A DNA stretch of 64,000 nucleotides, from NCBI GenBank assembly GCA_026026165.1, contig JAPEUD010000049.1, positions 62,001 through 126,000 of the forward strand. The letters are read 5' to 3'. Positions 1-14,635 of the stretch are shown one piece after another. The first letter of the stretch is position 1; each line of letters starts with the position of its first letter. The position numbers were made by a program, and so were the translations under genes. Source of the stretch: Sarea resinae. Its lineage: Eukaryota. The notes under the pieces were generated by a model. The model was not told where the DNA came from and ran no database searches. It saw only the letters and a list, made by a program, of their open reading frames with translations.

Positions 1-803
1 GTCATCAGGCGCCACATTCGTACAAAAGCCAAAGCCAGAGAGAAAATATGCAATCAAAATGACCTTGGAGCGCCACGACATGCGTGACAGCTTCAGGCTG
101 TCGTGGGTGCCTTCTACATACTATGTAGTAGCTTATCAGCGACCAGGACTGCAGGGACACATCATTCATCGCACGATTGACGAGATAGTCATCAATCAGC
201 CGTTTCTCCTCGTCGCTGCCTGTCCCGGAACGGTTGCTCATGCATGTGCTGAATTCCCGAAGCGCCGGGTCAGGGGGTTGCCCCACAAACTTATCGCAGT
301 CCCTGTCTTGAATTTCCAATCAGCTCTTGCGATGTCTATCTCAGGGGCATCGAAGTAGCTCAATATGTTCATCTATTCCGTCTTTATGCAGCAATTATAT
401 GAGGTTCTTTAATTTGATACCCGGAGGGTCCGCGCGCTTATCTGTTCTGACAGTGGAACAATCATGACCCAGCGGGGCGGGCCGAGCGGACTTCCCGTCT
501 GGGAAAACCTTCTATTTGTATACGCCATCGCCAACATATGCCTTCATGGGTGATGCTTCGCCGTATGGGGGTGGGGCAACAGATGTGAAGTCCAGGGGTG
601 TTGCGTTGCTCAGCCGTGTTTGGGCTTGCAGAATGGTGGCAGTGTTCACAGCGCCTGACGATGGGTGCATTTTTCATGGGTTGTGCTGTCGAAAGGTCAA
701 GGACCTTTATCTCCTTCTGATTTTACTCTTGCCCTTTTTAACTCTTTGCTTCCTATCCTCACAGTTGTTTCTCTCTGTACACCGCGTTAGGACGCCAGTC
801 AAG

Positions 804-3631
804 ATGTCGAGTGTCGCCACATCTGCTGTAACGAGACCCCTTCTTCACAGCGAGGAGACATGTCAGCCCAGGGAATCGCAATCGAGCTCTTATTACCCCG
901 CCCCTGAGACCGCGCCTGTCCAGGATGATGATACGTTATCACAGTCGAGCTTCACTACCTCTGCAGCAGAACCATCGCCTCTTCTCAGCCAGAGCACATT
1001 CCAAACTGAAAGATCGCAGCAGCTTTTGCAAGCTATCCATGAGCTCTCGAGCTCTGGCGTAAGCCACGAAATTGATTTACCCCAAGTAAGTACTTATGGG
1101 AAGAGCGAGGTGGCACAGAAAATAATCGGTAATATCTCAGCTCGTGATCGTAGGCGATCAATCGTCTGGGAAATCTTCACTCTTGCAGAGCCTTACTGAT
1201 ATACCCTTCCCGGTCGCGGAGAGCCTCTGCACTCGATTCGCAACACGTATCATTTCGAGGCGATCCCCCAGTCAAGAAGAAATCACAAAGATCTCAATTC
1301 AAGAGAACGGAGCAGGAGGGATGTTCGATTTCCGCAGGCCGGACGGATACAAAGAGAGATACAAGAATTTCAATCCAGTATGCTCGAACATAACCGGAGA
1401 AGACTTTCGGAGATTTGTTGAGGAGGTAAGTGTAAAGTGCTTTCAAATTCTCGTATCAGTGATTGAAGAGACTAGGCCGCAGAGCTCATGGGTGTACCAA
1501 AACTGGGAGCTTCACCCCAGGCCCCTCCCTCCGCAAAAAAGAACAGCATTTTCCCCCGCACACGCAACTTTTCGAGAGATGTCCTGGTTATCGAAATATC
1601 AGGTCCGGATCGTTCACCTTTTCAGATCGTTGATGTTCCTGGATTGTTCCACACGGCCTTAGGAATGGTGGAGACCACGGATATCGCAGTGGTGACGGAC
1701 ATGGTGTCCCACTTCATGAAAATGGAGCGAAGTATAATCGTGTAAGCCTGCAATCTCTATGGATTGGCTTGACCTGTAACTGACCTCCAAAGCTGTGTAG
1801 CCAACGGAGTGTCCGAACTGGCAAACCAAATAGTTTTCCAGCAGGTCCTGTCAGTAGGACATGATCCCAAAGGGGCCCGCACCGTTAGAGTCATCACGAA
1901 ATGTGATGCTTCCCAACACGTTGACCAGGCAAGTTTTGTCAGACGGCAGAGGCTAGTCAGTTGTCTGATTTCTCCTAGATCATCAGACTTGCGCAAAATG
2001 AAACGAAGCCCCTTTCACACGGCTGGTTCGTCGTTCGCAACCGTACTCCTGCCGAAGTACGCGACGGGATCGGCTCCGACGAACGCCACAAAAGAGAACA
2101 GGCCTTCTTCTCCGAGCAACCATGGATTCAGCTGCCTGAAAACCGCCGGGGCTCGCGTGCCCTCAAACTCTATCTCGCAAATCTCCTGTGCAAGCGTATT
2201 GAGGAAGTTTTCCCGACTCTAGCAAAGGAGATAAAGGAGCGTAAAGAGTCGACCGAGCATCAATTAGCAAAATTAGGGCAATCTCGGAAGAATCCAAGGC
2301 AGAGGCGAACCTTTTTGACATCTTTGTCCCAACAAATACATGCCATCAGTCGGGAAGTGATAGATGGACGCTACGACCAGGTCTTCGACAAGAAAGACTT
2401 GAAGCTGCGAATGCTCGTTCGCCAAGCAAATGACGAATTCTCAGATGAAATGGAGATGGGTCACTACGTGCCGTTCTCGGATATACAGCAGACTGGGCCC
2501 GAACGGCTGAACAATCAAACCAGATTCAATCTTGCAAAGCAGGCTGGTGGAATCAAAGATAATGAGGTACGTGGGACAGCCGCTCTACCTTTCAATGAGT
2601 ACGTCGAGATGGATCCCGATGGCGCAACTCTCTTGTACCAATCCCTCACAACCATGAATGAATGCCAGGGCTCTTCTTTTGAAGAATTGCGGCTGGCTGA
2701 CTATAAGCGTGAGAATACTGATTCACAACAGAGAAGGCCCTTCGGCCAAGCAGCAGCCTCTAGGAAACCCTCAGGCTTTGATCGGCCGGCAACTACCGAA
2801 CCGGCCAATACTGAGACCGAGATATACTACTGGATTCAGGCTGCTATCGAAGATAATCGCGGAACAGAACTTCCCGGAACGCTGAATCCGTACATCTTAC
2901 CTAAATTGTTCAAGGAGCAGTCTAGGTATTGGGGGGAAATCGCAGAAGAACACTTCGGATATGTTTGTAAGCTTACAGAGTCCTATGCAGAGGGCATCCT
3001 GGATCTATCATGCATCGACGAATTTGTCGTCCGACAACTCCGGGGGGTCATCGAGACCGCCAACAAATCCGCCAAAGCGCGAGGCTTGGCCCGTCTTCGG
3101 GAGATCGTGCAAGATGTCGCGTCGAGTACCCTCCAAACGAGCGACCAAACATTCCAGGAAAAGGTCTCCCAGGCACGCCTTCGTCGCTTCGAAGCCGCTC
3201 TTCGCCGCTACAAAGCCCGCACCCCGAAGGTCGCTGTAGGCATGATAGCACTAAACTCTGCCACTGATGTCGAGGTTGACCCCAATGTCGTTCTTCTCAA
3301 TCTTCGCGACACAGAATCAATCTTTCGCGAAATTCACATCTCCAACGAGGAGAATCTCCAGTACGAGATTCACGATACCCTGAAAGCCTACTACGAGCTT
3401 GAGCTCAAGAAGTTCGTTGAAAATATCAACAAGCAGGTGGTCGAGCGCTACCTAGATGATGAGGATGGGCCCGTTCTTTTCTTCTCGCCGGCATATGTCG
3501 GTCTGTTGAATGATGAAGAGGTGAAAGATCTAGCGAAAGAAGACGACGCTGCTGTGGTGGAGCGGGAGAAGGCGGAAGCGTCGTTGGAGAGGCTAGTGAG
3601 GGCCGAGAGAATAGTAGAAGGGTACATCTAA
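804..3631 (+). CDS. Mx-like dynamin-family GTPase (5 exons: 804-1085, 1141-1425, 1476-1741, 1793-1928, 1979-3631)
   Basis: The spliced product has the dynamin G1 LPQLVIVGDQSSGKSS, CTRFAT (G2), IVDVPG (G3), VITKCD (G4), HGWFVVRNR and the stalk RGTELPG motif, and ends with the GED-like YYELELKKFVENINKQVVER. Introns are GT-AG except 1929-1978, which is GC-AG. Confidence 0.9.
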
Positions 3632-4387
3632 TGGGGCGAGGGCTTTGATCTGCGAGACAAGGGTTTGCGAGAGATGGGCGAAGTCTGGAAGTTATACTCG
3701 ATACCGGTACATCGCACCTCCGAGCCAGAAGTAGCAACTTTCAGATGGGTAAAGCCTGATCACTAGCATGTACATTGACGGATTCTCCCACTATCGTTAC
3801 CAATTTCATTCCGTATCGTGCGCGTCAGCCCGCCTGCGAAAGATGGTCGACTTGGTCGGAATGGACCTGTACGACGTAGTGACGGTTTCCTCGTTTTGGA
3901 ATAGGGGAATAGGGGTCGCGTTTCTATCGGAGTAGTTGGTGATCTTCCGTCGCGCGCGCCTCGCTTATACCTATCAGAGATCTGGTCTGATCGGATCGGC
4001 AGCAAGGAAGCGCGGAATGAATGAACAAACACCACCTACGTCATAAGGCACCAACAATCGCCATCCACCTTTTCCATTCATCTTCCCCCGTATCACGTAT
4101 ATCTCCAATCTGCACCTCAGTTACGACGACGACGACTCCATCTTTCAACAAGGCCTCTCGGAGCACTCATTGCATATTTCCTCCCTTTTCATTAGAAACT
4201 AAAGATCGCGAATTGCTTGTCCTGTTCGGCTCCGCAGGCCAGATCGAACTCCTGCTTTTCAGAAGCAAGGGATTATTGTCGACTTCCTGCATCTCCATAA
4301 GCCTCGATTTTCAGCCAGTCAAAGCCCACGAGCAGTACGAGACACCCTGAACCAACACCAAACCCACATCATATTTTACTCATACTC

Positions 4388-6633
4388 ATGGATACCGAAA
4401 GGTCACCAGATAACGATACAACCGCGGCCCCCGCCATGATTCATGCCACCCCAGAGACTGCGCCGACGGAAAGCCATGCACTGGCAACAGTCGAACAAGA
4501 TGAGAAAGGCGTTGCGCAAGAGGCCCATGCTGAGCCGGAAGTGAAGGACTTGGGCTGGAATGCACCTGTTGAGGCGGTCCCAGCTCCTCTAGTTGGCGGT
4601 CTGCCCAACGAAGAGCTCTGGGTGCTGGTCCGGCGATTTAATAAGGTATCTCTTGTTATACTGGCCGTAATCATCCCGTCTAACGAAGCCGCGGCGCTAG
4701 CAAATGTACCATGTCAAGGCACATCCAAAAGCCATCGAAGGCGATCTCGATCTGAACATTGCCGATGAAGAAGAGTTCTCGGCCGATAAGCTACGGAGTA
4801 ATGTCGAAAGACTGTACATGACCGTGGTATGTATGCCCACTGCTTCCGATCGGCATACTCTGATATGACCATAGATTGTCGGACTGGCCGGGTTCGGAAA
4901 ACACATCGCAAGACTACGGTCATGGAGAGAGACGAGACGGACGGCGGCATTTTGTGCGGTAAGGCTGCTTCCATTCTCCTTGAGCGAATTGCTCTGATAG
5001 GTGTTTAGGCATACTATGTTGCCTGGTTTCTCAACCTCTTGATGCCATCATTATTCCTCATGATGATCACTCTTGTCGTATACCCGCCTTCTAGAGAGTT
5101 TCTTTTTCCTCCAGTTCCCCTAGCTTTGGTTGATGCAAGGACCGGCCACGTCAAAAAGCCTTCTGCCGGTGTCCTTGGAAGCACTGATAGCATGACTGGG
5201 GCGCCTGAACAATTTCAAGGAGAAGCTGTGGAGCAAGAGGCAAACAACTTCGTCAATGGTGTGGCGTCGATAGCGTTGAGCAGTGCGACCGGAAAACACC
5301 CCGAGAATAAGGCCGAGGAAGAGGAGGGAGTCGACACGAGCGTGCCTGATCCTACCCAGATTGCGACTCGAGCAGCGGAAGCGCGAAACGCCAGTGGTGG
5401 TGGTGTCCCTACCCCTAAACGTGATAAGACCAAAAAGCCAATGGAAGAGGCTATGTGGGAGAAAGCCAGGCCTGTAATGCATATCATCGGAGGCATTTCA
5501 GATGGCTGGGAACGATTTGGAAAGTGCGAATTTGCTTGCATGAGATGATCGAGTAGCTCAATTGCTAATGGTTCACAGTGCACTTTCCCCGACTGCTCCA
5601 TTTCCTAAAGAGAAGGCTCGCCTCAAACTTGCCGGAGTGCTAGCCCCTGCTTGTTTGGGAGCTCTGCTTGTCACCTCGTCCATGTTCGTCAAAGCAACCA
5701 CATTCCTAATTGGAAGTGCATTTTTTGGTGACCCAGCCATCTCGAGGGGAATTACTTGGCTTGATCACAACTACCCTGACTGGCAAAAGCTTCTGGAGCT
5801 CCGAAAGTAAGCGGAACACCTCTCCTATTTCAGACCAATATTGACTTTGTAACAGCACTCTTCTGAGGGGCGTCCCCACAAACGCTCAGCTTACGATAAC
5901 TCTCCTCCGTATTGGTGAAGCCAATAAAGCTCCTCTCCCCCCTCCACCACGAACAAGAGAAGCACCCCCAACCAAAGCTGCAAGCCAGATCGACGCCGAT
6001 GACATATCTCTTGATGTTTCCCAGGAAGATCTAGACGCCGCCATCCATCCGGATGAAAAGCATCTCGAAGCCGAGAAGAAGGAGGACGAGCAACAAGCCG
6101 CCAAGCCTAAGCACGGCCATCGCATCGTCTCGCTCCTGAAAGGCACCATCAGAACCACCGTCGAGACCACGCTCGGCACGGACCGCTTCAAAGCCAAAGT
6201 CGGCTCCACGACGGCCCGGAACCGTCTCGGCGTCCTTCCCAATCCTAAAACTCCGCTCATCTCTGGCCCCGTCGACTTCAAGGCCCGCCACAAGGGCAAA
6301 AAGGGCCATCTCATCATCAGTACCGCGCTTTCTGATACTCCCACCATCTCGTTCACGCGCGAGGAGCATTCGGCCGACAGTCTGGACCCGGAGGATATGC
6401 GAAGTCCCGTCTTTACCGTGGCCATCAGGGATATCAAAGAGTTGAAGAAGATCGGAGGCCTGGGATGGAAGACGAAGCTCGTTGTGGGCTGGGCCATGGA
6501 TCGGGAAGTCGCGGATGGACTGGAGATCGTGGATGCCGAGGGCAATACCTGGAGACTAACAGCGATACCACTAAGGGAGGAATTATTCAATCGACTGGTT
6601 GCGATGGGCGGACAGAGATGGGAAAGTTGGTGA
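4388..6633 (+). CDS. DUF3292-like conserved fungal membrane protein (multi-exon)
   Basis: Exons joined by GT-AG introns (e.g. 4646-4700, 4827-4874) give DLGW..PAPLVGGLPNEELWVLVRRFNKQMYHVK..DLNIADEEEFSADKLRSNVERLYMTV..HIARLRSWRE, hydrophobic segments, and a C-terminal LKKIGGLGWK..RxELFNRLVAMGGQRWESW. The family was recognised from memory. Confidence 0.75.
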
Positions 6634-7062
6634 TGCGTTACTATTGATTGATGTGTGTGGCTCGCCGCATTTGTCTCAGTTTTGCTCGCCTCCTGCTTTC
6701 TAAGTCATCATCTCGACTTGCCACCACACTTCTCTGCCAACGATCCGCAGCGATAGGAGGCTTTGCCGATGGGTGGAGCTCTTATAACATACATGCACGT
6801 ACACTTAGACGCACGCCCCTGTTTTTTTCACTATGTCACACGTATCATTTATTGGCTTAGAAACACGGTTTACTTTGTTGAGTGTGGCTGATAGAGCTGT
6901 CATTGCTTGTTGGTGCTTGTTGTTCATTTAGCAGTAATGGTAATGTCCATTTCATCAAAGTCTAGGTAGTAGTGAAAGGTGATAAAACAAGAAGGAAAGC
7001 AGAAAACGCAGAATGGCGCTCGCTCGCTCACTCACTTACTCGGCGATGGCAAAAAGGCTTTC

Positions 7063-8781
7063 TTACGCCTCTTCATCCTCACCATCATCGTCTTCGAAGC
7101 CCTCACTATCCCAGTCCTCCTCATCATCGAGATCCTCATCGTTTCTGTCGCCGTCGCCGTCACCGTCAACATCCATGCCCTCGTCCTCCTCATCCCCCTC
7201 CCCACCACCACCACCCCCCCTCTTGCCAGCCATCTTCTTCTTCTTCTCCTCGACCCTCTCCCTCTGGACCCGTCTCCGCTCCTCCCGCTCTCGATTCCGG
7301 ACCTCCCATTTCTCATTCAGCGCCGCGACCTCGGCCTCGCTCTTGGCCACGAACGCGTTCCAGAGCACTTTGCCACCGCACACGCCCTCCTCGACCTTGG
7401 TGAGGCGCAGTTTCAGCCGCGGCCCCAGCTCGTGCAGGTGAATGGCGCGTTTTTCCGTCGCCGGCTGCGCCGCCGTCCCCGTGCCCGCGGTCGCCGCCGC
7501 GGCGGCCGCAGCGGGACCCTCGGCCTGTTGAGATGTGGCGGTCTGCGCCAGTTTCTTCCGATGCAGGATCTTGCGCGCCGAGACGTCCAGGACCTCGACC
7601 TCGGCGTCCGTGTCGTCGGGCTCCGTCTCCGACGCCGACGTGTACGCGCCGTCTTGCTGCGAGAGGAGGTAGTCGGAGATGTCGGGCAGGTGGCTGAGGT
7701 TGGGCAGGGCGCCCTTGGCGGCTTTGGCCTTGGGTTTGGCCTGGGCTTGGTGCGAGAGCGTCGAGGTCGGCTGCAGGCGGCGGATGCGCCGCGATAGGTT
7801 CGTTCGCCGCGTCGTTATGGCGTAATGGCGCAGGTTGATCGTGTAGGCGTCCTCGGAGGCGTTGTTGGTGGAAGAGGAAGAGGAAGGCGGGTCGCGGTTC
7901 AGGAGGAGTACTCGGCGGATCGACGGCAGTGGCGTGGTTTGCGGTGAGATGGGCGGGAAGAGCGATTGGAAGACGGACGTCGTTAGCGATTCGAGATGTT
8001 TTGGCACCGGAGGTTTTGCACCGCTGTCAGTCGCGGGAGGGGAGGTGAAGTTGTTCATTACGAGCTAGACGGGACGAGTCGAGTGTCAGCGAATATATGT
8101 CTGTTTGATTTCTGCAAGTCCAAGTATATATGGGTGTGCATGCGTGCGTGTTTGTGTGTGAAGAGGATATAGAAAGAAAGGGAAGTCGTACGAGTGGTGG
8201 TTTTAAATATTCTTTCCCTCCGCCCTTCGGGTGCTTCAGCGCTTTCTTGACGTCCTTGCAGAGCGAGTATTTCTCGACGCGGAAGTGCAGCGTCGGGCCG
8301 CGGGGAGTCAGCGCCAGGCGCATGTTCGTGTTTCCAGACGTCGAGCGCGAGAAGAGCATGAGGTGCGAGACGCCCAGTGGGCCGGCCATGGTAGTATAAT
8401 CTCTGAGCTTATTCGATTTACGCTCCTGCGACGTAGTGATAGTGATATGTCAGTGCCAGAACGAGCAAACCTGGAAAGCGTGCGATGAGATGCTTCACTA
8501 AGAATCGAGAGACAGAGTTGCTGACGACGACGATGACGATGACAACACGGGGTATAGATAGGGACGGTGTGCCATACCTTTAGTCTGCTCGCTGTATCCG
8601 GCTCCATCATGCTGCGGACGTCCTTGACCAGCTGGCTGACGCTGGGTCCGACCTCGCCTGCTCCAACGCGGATCACCATGCTCTTCGGCGAGCGATTCAT
8701 GGACGCGCTGGTCGAACTGCTGGTCGAGGGCCCATTGCGGGCGCCCACATGGGTACGTTTCTTCGTGCGACGACGCGCCAT
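7063..8781 (-). CDS. SSF1: Brix-domain ribosome biogenesis protein Ssf1/Ssf2 (PPAN), 3 exons
   Basis: Starts MARRRTKKRTHV; contains PKSMVIRVG, MMEPDTASRLKE, GPLGVSHLMLFS, PRGPTLHFRV and the Brix signature LHELGPRLKLRLTKVEEG, with an acidic tail. Confidence 0.92.
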
Positions 8782-8973
8782 GATGGGTGAAAGATCGAGG
8801 AGAGATGGTGGGGGATTGAAGCCCAAGAGATGCGATGTCCACCGTAACAGAATGAGCGACGTTCTGATATTTTCGCGATTGACGTTAGTGTGGTGACCTC
8901 GATTAGATTGGATTAGATTAGATTACGGCTCGATTCGATAACCGACCTTGGCTGAAATTCTTCCTCGAGATGA

Positions 8974-10746
<1,773 letters not shown>

Positions 10747-10806
10747 ATCCAAGGGGGAAGGAAAGGGAGTGCGGGGCATTTTCCCTCGTTTTCGCATATA
10801 TCAAAG

Positions 10807-10807
<1 letters not shown>

Positions 10808-10837
<30 letters not shown>
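10808..10837. repeat. (CAT)n microsatellite
   Basis: Visible just downstream of the RRP3 stop. Confidence 0.85.
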
Positions 10838-11562
10838 TAAAATCATCATTCATATATTCATTGTCATTCATCCATCCACGACTCAGTCTCGCCACCCAGT
10901 CTCACGGAGAAAACGTGGTAGGTGAAAATGAGCTTACGGATCTCTGGTCACTCCTTTTACATGCCCCAATTCCCATCTTCCATCTCTCTTCACTCTTCAC
11001 TCTTCACTCTCCATGGCTGTCCATCCCAATCCGCACTCTCCCCCACTCCCCCACGCCCGAGGACCGAAAAATCAAACAATTCCGAAGAAAAGCGTGACAA
11101 AAGTAGCCGAGGACCAAAGCCGTCACGAAACGCAAGACGAAAACAGAAATAAATAAGAATGAAAAATGGTAGAGAAAAGACGAAGGGGGTGGGAAGTCAG
11201 GTTTAGAGAAGAGAGCCTGCCGGCCCTCCTTTTCGGGTCTGTTTTTCGGGGGGCCATCGGACGCCTTGTTCTGCATTGCACGCATGCATGATGATGGCGA
11301 TGACGTCCATCTACACCCCAACCATGCCATCATCGTCCCCATATTCCCATCTTCCCATCTATGGGCTCATTCCTTCCACCAAGCACCCGAATGCCGACAG
11401 CAAAAGGGAGACAAAGACAATGCCGAACAAAAAAGCAAACAAGCAAAATGCCAAAAGCCAGCGAACCTACCTGAACACACAACCATTACCAAACAGAAAA
11501 AATGCCGTAGAAATACCAATCAAACTTCCTCTCCTCCCCAAACACCGCCATCAACGACGCAC

Positions 11563-13473
11563 CTACGACGCACCAGCAGACTTGACAACGCTAGCAACCT
11601 TCTGGGCCAAATCATCAGCCTCGCCCCGCGTCGCCGCCTCGGCATAAACCCTGACGGCATCTTCGGTGCCACTGGCGCGCGCAAACGACCGTCCGGATTT
11701 GTACTTGCCCACTAGCGCATCGATCTGCTCCTGCGTGCCGACGGGAGACTCGAGTCTCCGCTCTGCATCCACCGCCTTGAAGATGTTGCGATCCGCGACC
11801 TCGATGCGTACGAGGCGGTTAGGGAGGTCCGTGTAGGTCAATTCCCACTCCTTGGGCCCCCACGTCTTGTGTGCGAGAATGACTTCGACGAGCAGCAGAT
11901 CGGAGAGAGCGTCGCCGACGGCTTGGTTGATGAGTTCGGTAAGTGCGGTGAGCGTGTCGAGGGCCGTCTTTTGTGCTGGGGATTGCGGTTCGTAGGTCGC
12001 TAGTGTTCTGAGAGCGTTGGAGGAGAAAATGACGGTGCCATGGCCGTTGGCCTCAAAGTAGACGCCAATGTCGAATTTGGTCGCTGCGTGGTGGAGATGC
12101 TTGACGCCCGTGGCGGTGCAGACGACAGGGAGAGAAAGGGACTTGGTGACGTATTCGGTGGCGGCGCCATTGGCGTAGGCGGTTTGTACGACGCCGATCT
12201 CGAGCTGGTCGGCCAAGCCAGCCTGGCGGGCGAGATCGCCGATGAAGGAGGCAGCAAGAGTTGCGATGCGGTCGCCATCCAGGAGACAGAACCGATTGTC
12301 AGAGTCCACAAAGTAGTAGACGATTCGGTCGGCGTCGCCGTCGAGCGAGGCGCAGCGAGCCATTGGCCGGGCATGGGATGAAGGAGGGGCTCGTTGGTTG
12401 GTCTTGACGAAATCTGCGCCGCACTGGAAGACATGAATACAGGTTCCATTCGTATCCTGATCGACTTACCTGATGGTTCAAAGTCTCAGGTCGGAGCACA
12501 TCATCATTTACGACGTTGATCTCCACGCCACCCTCCGCTGCAGAAGGTAGATACTTGATCAGTTCTCGGAGCTTCCCACCTCCTACGCCATTGGCACAAT
12601 CCACCGTCACGGCACCCTTGGGATGTCGGCCCTGTATCGCTTTCCTAAACGCCTTCGAGAGTTTTTCGTAGTATCCCTTTTCGGTAGGCTCGCCATATTC
12701 GTGTTGTGTATTGATGCAACGGACTGAATAATGCAGTTGGGGCGTCGTGAGGATCTTGTGGTCGTCGTATTCGGTATTCGTAGCTTGAAGAGCATCCACG
12801 AGAGCCGAGACGAGCGATGGACCCGAAGCACGAGTATCACGGGCAAAGATGACCCTGGAAGTCACATCGGGCTTGATTTTCTGATCGGCCTCCAGCTTAT
12901 TGTAAACCTCGAGAAGAGCCTCGTCCGAGGGTGCATTGGCGAGTTGCGTGGCGTAGGCTTCCCAAGACGCCTGCATCACTCCTCGTCAGCTCCGTCTTGT
13001 CGGGAAAGCGCCGAGACGTGGCCTACCTCTAACATTTCGCCCTAGAGAAACCGTCAGCGATTGATGCCCAAACACGTCCAAGGCACGGCATTTGGTACCA
13101 TAGGATCCACAAGCTTGACCCCATTGTCTTCTGGTGGGTTGTGACTGGCTGTGATCATGACTCCGATGGTCTGGCCACCCAACTTTCTCGACCGGAGAGC
13201 GGCCAGGAGCCCTACGCGAAAGACGACCGAATCGAGAAGATTGCTAGACGGGGCAGCGAACAAAGCGATCAGTCATTTGCGCGTGAGAAACGTCGTGGTC
13301 CAGAGCATCTGATGCTTACGCCTTCATGCGGAACTGCAGTCGATCGTTAGCACCCTTGAAGCCAAAGCAGACCAGGTCCCACAACTCACCCCGGCGGTCC
13401 CATATTGAAAGACACGGTCTTCTGGTTTGGGGTGTTTGGCCGAAGCCTGGATGATGCTCTCGGCCGATGCCAT
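11563..13473 (-). CDS. PCM1: Phosphoacetylglucosamine mutase (Agm1/Pcm1), multi-exon with two micro-exons
   Basis: Contains YGTAGFRMKA, the catalytic TASHNP, the metal loop DGDADR, FEANGHG and [15 protein letters not shown]. Confidence 0.95.
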
Positions 13474-13983
13474 GGTGATGGGAGAGAGACGTCAGGAGGA
13501 TGGGCCTCTGGTGGGAGGGGTCCAGTGGGCAGATGGCGGTCGATCGATGCGGGGTCCAAGAGAGCAAGAAGCGCGAGGTTGGCAAGAGTGGAGAGGGAAA
13601 TCAGTGATGTGGTAGAGTACGTGGTTTGAGGCTTTGAGCGGGTAGGCAAAAAGATATATATCTTACGCGGTGGAGCAACGAGGAAGAAGCAGAAGAGTAG
13701 GAGTACTGATAGTATGTAGTACCTGTACCTTACGGGTCGGCAGGGAAGGAGCTGGAGGGACAATCGGCCGTCGCCATCACCATCAAGGAACGATCATCAC
13801 AACATCGTCAGATCGTCGCCAGCGACATGGGGGCCTTGTACTTGACGGCGTCCGCTGTACCGTGCGCTACATGCTGCGCAGTACCGGCATGGCAGCATCG
13901 CCCGTGGACGATCCCCAGAGGTGAAACGTCAAGGTGACTTCCCTACTCCGGAGTATACGGAGTAGGTACTACCCGCAACGTCG

Positions 13984-14026
13984 ACCACCACCACCACCAC
14001 CACCACCACCTCCACCACCTCCACCA
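13984..14026. repeat. (CCA)n microsatellite
   Basis: Visible in the PCM1-PER1 intergenic region. Confidence 0.85.
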
Positions 14027-14635
14027 GACTCCTCATCATGGCACGACCCAGATCCAGTATCAGCCAAGAAAGGGAGTGTAATCATGATATCTCCATCGAC
14101 TTCACTACTCATCCATATCCATCCCCAATTCCACACCTTCTACGGCCTTCTACACCGACCGTGGACATGTCCTTGCCTGCACTCCTCACCCCTCCCTCTC
14201 CCCGCGGAATCCACGACTATCACGTAATCCCTTGCTCGTATTGGTCGATGCCTCGCAGACAGGGCATCGAGCGTCTACTACGTGCCGCATCGACGGGCGT
14301 CAAGGCGGTGAGACGACATGCTACGACTCGAGGACGGTCCATTGTTTGATCGACCATCGTGATCATGCCTTACCGTTGCGCCGTCCCTTTGCGCAAGAGG
14401 CTGGGACGGTCTGTAGATGTACTCGGACTAGATGCGGATGCAAATGCAAATGCGGATGCAAATGAAATGGCCCATGCAAATGCCAACAGAAGTGTCAATG
14501 TAAGAATAAATGTGAACGTTATCGTATCGATTGGTACAATGGTCATTCTCTCGGTCGACCCTCGACCCTCCCTCTCGCTATGCTTATACGAGAATCCGAA
14601 AGCTCAGCCACGATACAGAAATAGAACTCGCCCCG

